Origin: Eledone cirrhosa
Lineage: Eukaryota
Length of the DNA stretch: 64,000 nucleotides
Reading direction: 5' to 3'
Assembly: GCA_964016885.1 (NCBI GenBank)
Contig: OZ024752.1
Location: 28,458,001 to 28,522,000 of the forward strand
Both the position numbers and the translations under genes were made by a program. Below are positions 1 to 26,834 of the stretch, in pieces. The notes beneath the pieces were generated by a model. The model had not been told where the DNA came from and searched no databases. It saw nothing but the letters and a program-made list of their open reading frames with translations. The first letter of the stretch is position 1; each line of letters begins with the position of its first letter.

Positions 1-147
1 ACATACATACATTCATATGTACACACACACATACATACATACATATATACATACATACATACATTCATACATACATACATACATACATACATACATACAT
101 ACATACGTATATACGTACATACATACATACATACATACATACATACA

Positions 148-183
<36 letters not shown>

Positions 184-484
184 CATACATACATTCATAC
201 ATACATACATACATACATACATACATACATACATACATACATACACACACACATACATACATACATATATACATACATACATACATTCATATGTACACAC
301 ACACATACATACATACATATATACATACATACATACATTCATATGTACATACATACATACGTACATACGTACATACGTACATACATACATACATACATAC
401 ATACATACATACATACATACATACATACATACATACATACATACATACATACATACATACATACATACATACATACATACATAC
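1..484. repeat. (ACAT)n microsatellite
   Basis: Direct reading. Confidence 0.98.
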
Positions 485-835
485 ACGTGTATGTTTTTCG
501 TTTACAATCGAATTATTTAGCAATTAACTACGATCTTAGGTTAAAGATGTAGCCATCGTTTCCAATTTTGTTTAACATTCTGGCTAAGAAGATCACAGGC
601 GAGACAGAGATGATAAATAGATCGAAATATGTGCTCGTGTTTTTGTGTAACCTTTTACAATGTATTTTTTATTATTTCAGACGTAATATTGGGGGAAGTT
701 TGTTTTGCATTTCCTTTTGCTATATTTTGCTATATTCTGGCGTTTTTCCCAGAAACATTTCTCTCTAGATAGCCATAAATCCCAATAAAACACACGTAAA
801 CACATAGACAGAAATACACAACCTTAAATAGCTGT

Positions 836-842
836 TTGTGTG

Positions 843-918
<76 letters not shown>

Positions 919-933
919 GTGTGTGTGTATGTG

Positions 934-982
<49 letters not shown>

Positions 983-1139
983 ATAAATATATATATGTAT
1001 ATATATATATAAATATAGAGAGAGAGAGATCATATACATATATACATATATATATATATATACATACATATATACATATACATAGATATACATCCATATA
1101 TATATATATACATACATATATATATACATATATATACAT

Positions 1140-1230
<91 letters not shown>

Positions 1231-1275
1231 TACATATAAATACATATATATATATTTATTTATATATGTGTATGT
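836..1275. repeat. Compound (TA)n/(GT)n microsatellite, representative of dozens of such tracts in the window
   Basis: Direct reading; source of the [12 protein letters not shown] ORFs. Confidence 0.98.
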
Positions 1276-1997
1276 AGATATATAAATGTCAGTGTACGGG
1301 TGTTTGTGATAATGTTTTATATGCGTCTGTATGACAGTCCCCGCCATAAAAAAATCCCACTTTTTATATAATCTAATATTAATATATGAAAGAGATTTTT
1401 TTAGATTAACGATTGCATTTCATTACAAGATTTTTAAAAAGTCTTTGACCTAAAGTGGAGGTCTTAGTCCTTCATTCATAATGGGACATTTCTGTCGGAT
1501 TCAAGTTTGTCGATTTTAGCAAATTATTTTAATAGACAGAACATTTTTTTCAATTACAGAATTTCTCTACTGATGTTTTTGATATTTTTGTTTTTTATAA
1601 ATTTAATTTCACTGCAGAATAGAAATAAATTTAATTGTAAATTTTAATGATTTAGAATTGTTTAATTTTTTTGTTTTTCTTGTGTCACGTAAAGATTTGT
1701 TGTTTTGTTAAATTATACTGTGCTACAATGGTTTGGTCTGCAATAAGATTAAATAAATAAATAAAAAGCCAGCTTGAAGGAAGAATTAAACACATTTAAG
1801 ACAAAATGTCTGGCGCATGTAAAAAAGAAGAAATCACAAAAAACATCCTGGTTAACTATGAGAAAATGGCAAGGACGAAAATTATAATCTTTCTGCAGCT
1901 GTTAATGCGACAATTAATAGTGATTCAACTGTTTTTTAGTCACTGTCTGTGCACCAACATTGACTCTTGAGACCGACATATTTTAACATAGCTCGGC

Positions 1998-2004
1998 TAT
2001 ATAT
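1998..2004 (+). promoter_or_regulatory. Putative TATA box of S-crystallin gene 1
   Basis: TATATAT 127 bp upstream of the ATG; gene 2 has TATATAA 130 bp upstream of its ATG. Confidence 0.55.
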
Positions 2005-2124
2005 TAGGCTACCATCTGGAATCAGCTGTAGTCTTATTTCTGCTCTTACATTGCAAGATAGAATAACTAACCTGTTATCTGCACAATATTAGCAGCAACA
2101 ACAAATCTACTGCAAACATCAACC

Positions 2125-12544
<10,420 letters not shown>

Positions 12545-12799
12545 ATGACAAGAAAACAAAGACGAAAATTATTTTATTTTTAATCTACAGTACTGTGAAA
12601 TTATGTGGAAAAATAATTTAGTTTGAAGTGAGGCGTATGGATAGATATGACAGTGCAGTCTTACCTTCACTTTCACTGGAGAATACAAATTAGATATTGA
12701 AAACAAAATGATGACGGTGCAGCGTAACCAATCATAATTTAGCTTTGTAAACTTTAAACGTTTGATTTGTTTAATTAATGAAAAAGTTGAAAATAACGA

Positions 12800-12805
12800 A
12801 ATAAA
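12800..12805 (+). terminator. Candidate polyadenylation signal, gene 1
   Basis: AATAAA about 255 nt after the stop, followed by a T-rich tract. Confidence 0.4.
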
Positions 12806-13279
12806 TGTTTTAAGAGAAAAAAGATATTGAAATTTGTTTTCTTTTGGCAATGCAATTGAAAGTTCATTTGTTAATCATATTTTGTACAAGGTTATTAAAT
12901 TAATCTCAAAATGGAATCGAAACTGGCCATAGTCAGTTGAATAATTCACTTCTTGATATATTTAGTATTTTTTTATATTATTTTAGTATCTAACTTTGAA
13001 TAATTCACAGACAACCAGATTTAACTCATGAGTGCATATACAGTATAAAAAAAAATCATTTACTTGTAGATTATCTACAAAATTATGTATGCTAGATTGC
13101 TTTGATAATAATGCTAAAATTAAACAAAAGTATTCTTAATATCTATCATTAAATATATGTTAATATGCAGTATACATATGTACAAAGTATGATGACTTAT
13201 TCATAGCTTTCTATTAAATTTAAAAATTGATTTATCAATTATATAGTTACAATATATCTCACATAAACAAGCATACATA

Positions 13280-13620
13280 CACAGGGACTAGAGCTCCATC
13301 GATTTCGATGATGTGTTCCAGTCGTTCAATCAATGGAACAGTCTGCTCATGAAATTAAACTGTATGTGGCTGAGTATTCCACAGAAACGAGCACCAACAA
13401 CGTAATTTTCATGGGGATTCAGTATGAAAAAGTGTATGACAAAGGTATCGCCTTGAATCCTAGGTATAGTCAGTGAGACGAACTTCAAAGTATTTTCTTT
13501 CTATCTAATTTCCCTCCCAAGGCTACGATAAATGACAATTACCCAAGATGCCAAGCAGCGGGATCGAACCCGGAACCTAATGATAGTGAAGCGAACTTCT
13601 CAACCATTCGGCCATGCTGC
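13280..13620 (-). mobile_element. Second tRNA-derived SINE family; related pieces near 55920-56060 and 62030-62140
   Basis: Minus-strand head GGCCGAATGGTT...GGTTCGATCCC; body segment CTGCTCATGAAATTAA..GTGGCT...TTCCACAG shared with the 62 kb piece. Confidence 0.6.
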
Positions 13621-14011
13621 ATCAATACATACACACATACAAGCACACACACACACACGGACACATATACACACATACACACACACACATACATACACAC
13701 TCACATATTTATACACACACAGACAATCACACACACACAAGCACATACACTCAATTACATCAGACGTTTCAGTCCATTCTCTACAGCAGTGTTCTTCATC
13801 GATTGAGTCGACTGTGTGTTCCCAGGGGTTTTGATACATTGGATAATCTAACACACACACAACTACTTGTCAACAACTGAGAATTTATGTCGAAAATTTA
13901 GATACAATATATTTATATATTTAAGCAAAGGAAATATGTTTGGAACGCTGCGAGCGAAGTTTGGAATTGAAATAGAAATAGAAGCTTCACCGTAATATTT
14001 TGATTAAATAA

Positions 14012-14862
14012 TCTACATATCTAAAGCAGAGAATATGTCCCCCTAAAACTCGACAATCACCCAACCGATGTTTTTCAAACTTCACACGTGTAATACAGTC
14101 GTGTGACTGTTTTGAGCAAAAGATATTTCAAATTTTCAATGCCCTAGGGACCACATTAGGCGAAAAATCGCATATTTTAGGCTTTAAAGGCTTTTTGAAG
14201 TATTACGGAACAATAATCCAGGCGATTTCTTCAAAATTTGCATTACTTATGCCGTTTAAAGTGTTTTGAGCAAAAAGGATTTTCTCATTTTTTGCCCCAG
14301 GGACCGCATTAGGCGAAAAAACGATTGTTTTAAGCATTTTGGTTGCGTTAGGGCCTGTAACTCGAGAAGTACCCAACCGATTTTTTTTTAAACTTTGTAT
14401 ATGCATTACTTGTTTTACAAATTTTCTTGACTGAAAAAGATTTTAAAATGTTGCCCAGGGACCGCATTGTTTAGAATTTTGGTTGCGTTAGGGCCTGTAA
14501 CCTTAAAAGTATCCAACTAAATTCCTTCATGCTCTCCACCACTGCATTCCCACATGCTTACTTCTCTGTAACTATTGATTTCATTGTACCATAGCAGAAC
14601 AAATACATGTTCGGTTTGTCGAATGCCTTTTTACTTAACCCTATCGTCTTGGCTTTCGTGGGTTGAATATTTTCCTCTCAGGCACCCAATTAAGTTAAAC
14701 CCCTGGTAATCTACGACGAATTTTGTTTATAAGCACATCATGTTTATAAGACACCATCACCAGGCCGAGGTATTCCGTACTTCTCTCTACTGTTTCAGAA
14801 AGGAGGGATAAACATGCCAATCTATGTTTAGAATCCCGAGCAACGCCGGGCCATTCTGCTAG
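14012..14862 (+). mobile_element. Non-autonomous Helitron-like element
   Basis: 5' TC, subterminal hairpin CCCGAGCAACGCCGGG, 3' CTAG, inserted between A and T. Confidence 0.7.
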
Positions 14863-14928
14863 TATAGTCTAATAATGGGACGTGTGTGCTGTTACACATC
14901 TTTTTCCGTTTAGTGTGTTTATACGCCC

Positions 14929-15110
14929 CGGCAGTATCGGTAGAGGGAGGGACGCCATGCTTTGCAGCATAGAGTTAAAGCCCTTGTCATTCTGAGTTCA
15001 AATCCCGCCGAGGTTAACTTTGCCTTTCATCCTTACGGGGTCGATAAAATAAAGTACCAGTAATTCACTGGGTAATTGCTGGCCTTGTGCTAAAAGTAGA
15101 AACAATTATT
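14929..15110 (+). mobile_element. SINE subfamily 1 copy
   Basis: Same boxes, core and tail. Confidence 0.85.
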
Positions 15111-15630
15111 TAGTCAAAATATTGCGGCGAAGCTTCTATTTCTATTTCAATCTATATAACTATATATTTGTTCGTTTATTTACGTTTACTTATTAAATAA
15201 TACAAATCTCTCATTTATAAACAGACAAATAATTTAACCACACCATATCAACTCCACTGCGAAAAGACTAACACACTGCCACTCCGATAGCTTACATTGT
15301 GTTGCAGCCATAACAGCGCCAAATAGAAACCAAACGAAATAAATATTATACATTTATATTACACGAGATTAAACCCATTTCTGATATCTAGATAAGCTGC
15401 GCCTATGAACTTTACAAAGAAGTTTCCATTACTGAAACACCGTACCATAGGAAATAGAAAAATGAAAATAGAAATTGAATAATACAGTCTTCTCCTCCAC
15501 CCACGAAAGATAGCAAGGAAGTATTCCAACTCTAGCTCTTTCTTCCATCATTCTTGCGTCAAGCTCGCATGACGCACTTCGAAATCCCTGCACCGATGAC
15601 TAGCTATCCTCGCATTGAGTTTCTCATTAT

Positions 15631-17534
<1,904 letters not shown>

Positions 17535-17543
17535 TATATATAA

Positions 17544-18130
17544 AATTAGAATTGGTGCTCTGAAATAGCGATATATATATGAATGTATATATAGTGTATT
17601 TTGCAATACACTGTATGCTTAATTAAAAGCATTTTGAAGACCATACGCTATTGTTTTAAAGTAGCGACATTGTCGCTTACTTAATTTTCTGCAAACAGGG
17701 GGAGATAAGTTGAAAGCGTTGTTTCGTACTATTTGGAACTTGTCAAAACTCACTACTCTCCCCGTCTGCTGAATATTATGTGTGTTGGATAGAATTAAAT
17801 TAGTTGGATATAATTAAATTAGAATTGCAGTAACAATCAGGAACTGATTCTAATTTTCAATTTCTGCTGGGCCAGCGACCGCTCTGTAAAATCAGTTTCC
17901 GATTGTTACTGGAATTCTATAAGAATCCAACACACGTAATGTTCGGCAGACGTGGAGAGTTGTGAGTTTTGACAAGTAGCAATTAGTACGAAACAGTGCT
18001 GTCAACTTATCTCCCCCTGTCTGCCGAAGATTTAAGTAAGCGACAATGTCGCTACTTTATAACAATAGCGTATGGTCTTCAAAATGCTTTTAATTAAGGC
18101 ATACAGTGTATTGCAAAATACACTATATAT
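17544..18130. mobile_element. Family B foldback element, copy 1 (diverged arms)
   Basis: Inverted arms around a spacer shared with other copies; hammerhead motif in each arm; ends in (TA)n. Confidence 0.85.
17964..18008 (+). ncRNA. Minimal type I hammerhead ribozyme, U3:A8 variant (family B)
   Basis: gagtt-TTGACAA-gta..tac-GAAA-cagtgctg-TC^aactt; degenerate partner on the minus strand at 17707-17751. Confidence 0.7.
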
Positions 18131-18133
18131 ACA

Positions 18134-18185
<52 letters not shown>

Positions 18186-18192
18186 TATGTAT

Positions 18193-19991
<1,799 letters not shown>

Positions 19992-20152
19992 TTGGTGCTC
20001 TGAAATAGCGATATATATATATATGAATGTATATATAGTGTATTTTGCAATACACTGTATGCTTAATTAAAAGCATTTCGAAGCCCTTACGCTATTGTTT
20101 TAGAGTAGTGACAGTCTCACTTACTTCAATTTTCAGCAAACAGGGGAGATGA

Positions 20153-20197
20153 AGCTGACAGAGCTCTGTTTCACACTTTTTGGTGCTTATCAAAGCT
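20153..20197 (-). ncRNA. Minimal type I hammerhead ribozyme, U3:A8 variant (family B, opposite arm)
   Basis: Exact reverse complement of 20397-20441. Confidence 0.72.
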
Positions 20198-20396
20198 ACC
20201 TACTCCGCCTGTTTGCTGAAAATTGTGAATGTTTGATTCTTATAGAATTCCAGTAATAATCAGGAACTGGTTATACCAATTCTAATTTTCAATTTCTGCT
20301 TGACCGGCAACCGCTCTGTATAATCAGTTCCTGATTATTACTAGAATTCTATAAGAATCAAACATTCACAATTTTCAGCAAACAGGCGGAGTAGGT

Positions 20397-20441
20397 AGCT
20401 TTGATAAGCACCAAAAAGTGTGAAACAGAGCTCTGTCAGCT
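20397..20441 (+). ncRNA. Minimal type I hammerhead ribozyme, U3:A8 variant (family B)
   Basis: agct-TTGATAA-gcac caaaaa gtgt-GAAA-cagagctctg-TC^agct. Confidence 0.72.
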
Positions 20442-20690
20442 TCATCTCCCCTGTTTGCTGAAAATTGAAGTAAGTGAGACTGTCACTACTCTAAAACAAT
20501 AGCGTAAGGGCTTCGAAATGCTTTTAATTAAGCATACAGTTTATTGCAAAATACACTATATATACATTTATATATATATATATCGCTATTTCAGAGCACC
20601 AATTCTAATATATATATATATATATATATACTCTGCTTTGTATTGAGTACCTTACTTACTGTGGCTACTCCCGATTGAACCCGAGATAAA

Positions 20691-20741
<51 letters not shown>

Positions 20742-21209
20742 TATAATCGTAAGGAACAAGGATTCAGCGTTGCATCATAATATATTTAATAACATATGTT
20801 CCACTATCGATCAGCTCGAGGCAAGACCTATTATAGATCGAATCTGACTCTGTAATCGAAAGGTCGTCAGATATGCTTAGTATATGATTTGTTCTCCGAT
20901 TCTGTGTGTTGAAATCTCTCTTCAAATCTTGTTTTACCTCACGGAGTTCAGACCGTGTCTATCTGTCGTCTGACATCTCTTGATTAAGGACGATATGTTA
21001 ACAGAATATATATATATATATATTAAAATAACAGATTAATGTTTAAGCAAAGAATCGGTGCTTTCACCCTTAACGGGATCTTGCTTAAACTTTAATCTGT
21101 TATTTTAATAAATATTTGCTCTACGGTTCTTATATATTTGATATATATTTATCCTTATCGAGCCCTCTTTGGATTTTAGTCTTCAAATTTATTATTATTA
21201 CTATATATA

Positions 21210-21319
<110 letters not shown>

Positions 21320-21347
21320 TGTCAGTCAAGTTTGCAATTTTCAACTG

Positions 21348-21391
<44 letters not shown>

Positions 21392-21429
21392 CAGTTGAAA
21401 ATTGCAAACTTGACTGACACCACAGAATA

Positions 21430-21468
21430 TGAACCTGAAGATTGCGAAAGCATGAAAGTACTTGTTCA
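21430..21468 (+). ncRNA. Minimal type I hammerhead ribozyme motif
   Basis: tgaac-CTGAAGA-t tgc gaaa gca t-GAAA-gtac-TT^gttca; 5-bp stem I, palindromic AGTACT stem III. Confidence 0.68.
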
Positions 21469-21792
21469 ATTAACACTTAGCATATAATATTCTACCATAC
21501 TATTTCATTCTAATACCAATGTAAATTTTAAAGGATTGTAAATAAAACTAGTAAATCACACAAAGTTGGAATTCCTTTTATTAATATATATGAACGATAT
21601 CAAACGTTTCTGTTAGAATAGTCTAACTTCGTGAAACCTTGGGTAATGGAATAATTATATTCTGTTGTTTATTATATAATTAAATAGCTCTGTACAATAC
21701 ATAGAGCACTCTTCTTTCCTTTACCTTTTCCACGGAAATACTTAACACACACACATACATACATATATATAAATATATATATATATATATAT

Positions 21793-23895
21793 CCAGGGGG
21801 TGTAACTAGGAGTTACTGCAAGTTCACCAGGGTGAGCACTCGATGTTTAGGTTCACTTCTGTGATGATATGTAGAGCTATACAGAGTGTAAAATATAGAA
21901 AGGATAAAAAGGACGATTGATTATTCCTTCATTGCATTTATTGATAGGTGACGCGCGTTTCGCCACTGATCAGCTCAAGGTTCGATCTATATCGATCCTA
22001 CCCGACTCAATAATCGGCAGCTCGACAGACCGTCTTAAAATGCTATAACAAAACGAAATACATGCTATGTGGTAAAGTCAGATATTCAAGAGTTTGACAA
22101 AATGAGTTGTTTTGATTGGTGGGCAGGATCAAGGCGGTGTACTGGTCTGTAGTGTATATGGGGGTGGGTGTTATGGTGAGATGTTGGTGACGGTCTGTGG
22201 ATGAGGTGGGCTGTGATGTGGTGGTGGTGGTGGTGGGTTGGCCTTGGCGTGTAGAGTATGTGGGGGTGGATGTGATGATATGGTGGTGGTTAAGGTTATT
22301 TAGTGGGATGGGCTGTGGTATGAGGTTAGTGGATTGTCAGTAGACGGGTTGGCATGTGGGTGGAGGTGTGGTAGTGGTGCCGTTGTCTATGGTAGCGGCG
22401 TTTGTGGTGGTGTGGTGGATGTATTGGTGGCGTCAAGGTCCTTACATAGATACATAGTTAGACGCTCTTCGTCTGACAGATACCTTGTTTATACGTATAC
22501 GTACACACATATATGTACATATGTGCACATATATTGTTGTATAAACACACACAACATAAAACACATACGCACATCCTTTCCCACACATATCGGCATACGC
22601 TCACACACAGCCATATGTATATGTACACACATGTATGTGTATGCGCGCATGCGGACACGAATATGGAGAGTGGGGGAAGTATCGGTGGGGGTGGCGAACG
22701 ACAGAGATGGGGGGAAGGTGAGAGGCGATGTAGAATGTGTTTTACATATATATACATACACATGGGTATGGGCACATGGACTCACACTCATGTATGCAAC
22801 ATATACACATACACACTCGCACACACGTATACTCACACATATATATATATATACACATATATATATATATATACACATATATATATATATACACACACAT
22901 GTACCGACAACACACACATACACGCACATATACACATACATGCACATACATGAGCTCACCTACACATACAGTCAGATTTACCCATATACATATATGTAGA
23001 CGTACACATACACACACATACATACACATACATATATACACACACATACACATATGCATACACATACACATATATATATACACAGATATATATATACACA
23101 CACATAGACATATGCATACACATGTGTATGCATACACTGTGTATGCATATGTCTATGTGTGTGTATATATATATCTGTGTATATATATATGTGTATGTGT
23201 ATGCATATGTGTATGTGTGTGTATATATGTATGTGTATGTATGTGTGTGTATGTGTACGTCTACATATATGTATATGGGTAAATCTGACTGTATGTGTAG
23301 GTGAGCTCATGTATGTGCATGTATGTGTATATGTACGTGTATGTGTGTGTTGTCGGTACATGTGTGTGTATATATATATATATATGTGTGAGTATACGTG
23401 TGTGCGAGTGTGTATGTGTATATGTTGCATACATGAGTATGAGTCCATGTGCCCATACCCATGTGTATGTATGTGTATGTATATATATGTAAAACACCTT
23501 CTACATCGCCTCTCACCTTCCCCCCATCTCTGTCGTTCGCCACCCCCACCGATACTCCCCCACCACCACCACATCACAGCCCACCTCATCCACAGTTCGT
23601 CACCAACATCTCACCATAATACCCACCCCCATATACACTACAGACCAGTACACCGCCTTGATCCTGCCCACCAATCAAAACAACTCATTTTGTCAAACTC
23701 TTGAATATCTGACTTTATCACATAGCATGTATTTCGTTTTCTTATAGCATTTTAAGACGGTCTGTCGAGCTGCCGATTATTGAGTCGGGTAGGATCGATA
23801 TAGATCGAACCTTGAGCTGATCAGTGGCGAAACGCGCGTCACCTATCAATAAATGCAATGAAGGAATAATCAATCGTCCTTTTTATCCTTTCTAT
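21793..23895. repeat. About 2-kb foldback element (centre near 23126) between (TA)n tracts, hammerhead-like motif in each arm
   Basis: 21895-22230 pairs with 23565-23895; 22678-23125 pairs with 23128-23560. Confidence 0.88.
23759..23843 (+). ncRNA. Hammerhead-like motif with an A6-to-U core change; mirror copy on the minus strand at 21947-22031
   Basis: ggt-CTGTCGA-gctgc...gtggc-GAAA-cgcgcg-TC^acc, followed by AATAAA. Confidence 0.55.
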
Positions 23896-24015
<120 letters not shown>

Positions 24016-24739
24016 TAATATTTGATGAACATTTACATGTTTTAGTTGCAATTGACTAATAAGATCGCTAGAGTGAAAAATCTTAATTCAACAACATAAG
24101 GTCTGCCTGTACGATCTAGAAAATAATAAATCAATACTCACAGACTCATATGGGCAAAAAGCCTTGGTACCTAGACACGTTTAAAATTCAAAATACAAAC
24201 TTTTTCCGCAGATCGGTCAGAACTTCAAACTTCAACCATGTTTCACAAAGGATGGTATAATAGTAAAATAATTAACTAATTAGCAGTGAGTTAATCAACT
24301 TTTTCTGTGTTTATCAATAGGCACCCAGATAAAAATAAAATAACTCTACCTCAGAAAAATATCTAAGGTCTGGTTAGCGTAGCGAAAATACACGAGGTTT
24401 TGCACACGGCTTATTCCAGTCCTCTAACGTCCCACACATAGTTCTAGAAATAACAGCCGTTTATATGGGATTACAAAATTCAGCTCACCTGGGGGAGCAG
24501 TGATAAATAGCTTAGAGTTTAGACTCAAAGGGGTCATTTACAATCATTTCAGCTCTAGGAATCGCTTCTGAGCAGTATAAATTAATATTTGATGAACATT
24601 TACATGATGAACATTTGATGAACATTTACATTTACAACTAAAACATGTAAATGTTCATCAAATATTAATTTATACTGCTCAGAAGCGATTCCTAGAGCTG
24701 AAATGATTGTAAATGACCCCTTTGAGTCTAAACTCTAAG

Positions 24740-24805
<66 letters not shown>

Positions 24806-24845
24806 GATATTAAATAAATGGAAACTATAATTATAAAACCATATT

Positions 24846-24910
24846 TATTTCATTATACATATTTCAGGAATACCAAATTAAAATATGGTATGCCTTCATC
24901 AGACAAAATA
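24846..24910 (-). ncRNA. Minimal type I hammerhead ribozyme motif
   Basis: tattttgt-CTGATGA-aggcatacca..tggtattcct-GAAA-tatgta-TA^atgaaata. Confidence 0.68.
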
Positions 24911-26021
24911 CAATATATAAACAGTTTTATAAATAATTTTGACGTACCCTATTAGATGCGACCATTATTTTTGGAAGCTGTCTGAATACTGAGATGTTTA
25001 TAATTATTTTATTAGTTATAGTGTTAAGCACAGTTATAAAAAGACGGAGAGAATATATATATATATATATTCTCATACAGTCAATAATTTAATTAACTCT
25101 GAATTATTAAAATACCCAGCAAATTAGAGTGTACACTTATACGTTAATCTGTAAAGAAAAAACGATTTTGTGTTGGTGGGAGACTGGAGTTTCCCAATCC
25201 AGGGATAGATATTCATATACATATAAATACACACACACACACACACACATTTCTTCTCCCCATTTTTTCACATATATTTACCTAAACTGCGATTCTGGTT
25301 TTTTTCTCTCTCTCTCTCTTACTGCTCCCTCGCTCTCTCTGTTTCTCCTACTTTCTTTCGCCCCCTCTGTCATGTCAGTTAACTCTTCCTCACACTTCCA
25401 CTCACTCACTCACTGTTTCTCCTCTTCTCACTTCTTCCCGTTCGCGACGAAATCATTTTCTCTCTTTCTCACATTTGAATTCGCTCCTGAAAGGTCTTTT
25501 TTCTAAGCGCTCATATATTCACCTAGCTTATGCTAACAGAATAACTATGAAGCTTGTTCCCTTCCTTCTACGGTTAGCTATCCTCTTTGTTGTTATCTTG
25601 TTTCACTCGCTTTACGCGTTTTAATTGTCCTAATAATTTAATTTAGTTATTATTGCACCGACGTGAGGTATATGATTTTTAATGCAATGAAATATCTATG
25701 ATCGTCGGCAAATCACTGATGAGGGACTTATTTTATTACATGTTAGCCATGTGCAACCAGCAGTATTCTTCTCCCCATTTTTTCACATATATATATATAT
25801 ATATATATATATTGGTTAGAGAACTGGATTCGCTATCGTGAGGTGATCAGTTCGATCCTGTACCAGGCGATGCGTTATGTCTTTGAGCAAGACACATTAT
25901 TTCACGTTGCTCCTTCTAGTTGGAGTTGCGACTGATAAATAGTATTAGCAATTGGAAGACCAACGGAAACAACTTCCAACAACATCTCTAGTTCTTTTCA
26001 ACGAAAGTCGATCGACTGTTA

Positions 26022-26080
<59 letters not shown>

Positions 26081-26222
26081 CGAATATGAATAAACGAAGC
26101 TAATTTTACCCTGTTGACTTACACTTCTTGTTTTCACATTACTCCGGAATAAACAAACCACCATGCGCACTTCGTTGAGTGCTCCAACCTGCATACTGAG
26201 ATGTCGGTAAACAACATTCTCC

Positions 26223-26281
<59 letters not shown>

Positions 26282-26483
26282 TTTACGTATCTCGATACGT
26301 AGAAAAAAAGGGCGGATAGGTGATACATATAGTTATTTGCCAAGTAGCGTATGCCAAAGGTGCTCGATACTAGTGCCGGCAGTATTAAATATTCGAAGTG
26401 TTAATATTTAGTGGGCTAGAGAGTTAGCAGAACGTAAGCACGTGGGAAAGTAAAAAATCGGAGAATAGACCGTTAAAACATGT

Positions 26484-26543
26484 TTATTTAAAATATCATC
26501 TACGTACGTTTCGCCCAGTTGGGCTTCTCAAGGGCATAAATAA
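26484..26543 (-). ncRNA. Hammerhead-like motif (U3:A8) in the 3' pseudo-LTR of the Penelope-like element
   Basis: TTGAGAA-gccc aact gggc-GAAA-cgtacg-TA^; proximal stem I is weak. Confidence 0.5.
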
Positions 26544-26834
26544 TCACAAGTGTTCCTTATATTGCTCGGAAAGAGTTTTTGGGGTTAAATCCACATCAAG
26601 GTTCATTGCTCGCAAAAATATCTTGTTTTGATTTTGCAGCAGGTCAAGGGAGGTAACTCTGGCCGGTGTTAGGGCAGTCTTTCCCGGACAAATTTTTTTT
26701 TTTTTTTTTTTTTTTGCCGCATCCGTTTGTCTGAGGCTGGGTCTGGTATGCAAGGATTGTTTCCTGGGTGTTATTTTGCAGCGCCTGCCCGCCGGGGTGT
26801 TAAGACTTGTTGCAGGGAGATCCAGTGTACTATT

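Larger units (their letters stand above)
19987..20610. mobile_element. Family B foldback element, copy 2 (near-perfect arms of about 290 bp)
   Basis: 19987-20276 is the reverse complement of 20319-20610; embedded in (TA)n. Confidence 0.9.

Noticed and set aside
1-1347. Long ORFs such as MYVCMYVC..., YIYIYI..., THTHTH... here and throughout the window
   Set aside because: They are translations of stop-free (ACAT)n, (TA)n and (GT)n microsatellites.
1921-1967. AP-1/ARE-like TGATTCA and TGACTCT upstream of the gene 1 TATA box
   Set aside because: Imperfect short matches expected by chance in AT-rich DNA and not clearly conserved in the gene 2 promoter.
25716-25760. CTGATGA half-cores at about 25716 and 48868
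   Set aside because: No matching GAAA, stem III and cleavage site found; at most truncated relics.
25995-26020. GAAAGTCGATCGACTG palindrome (also minus strand near 29090-29106) as a hammerhead 3' half
   Set aside because: The cleavage position would be G, and no convincing paired core and stem I lie upstream.
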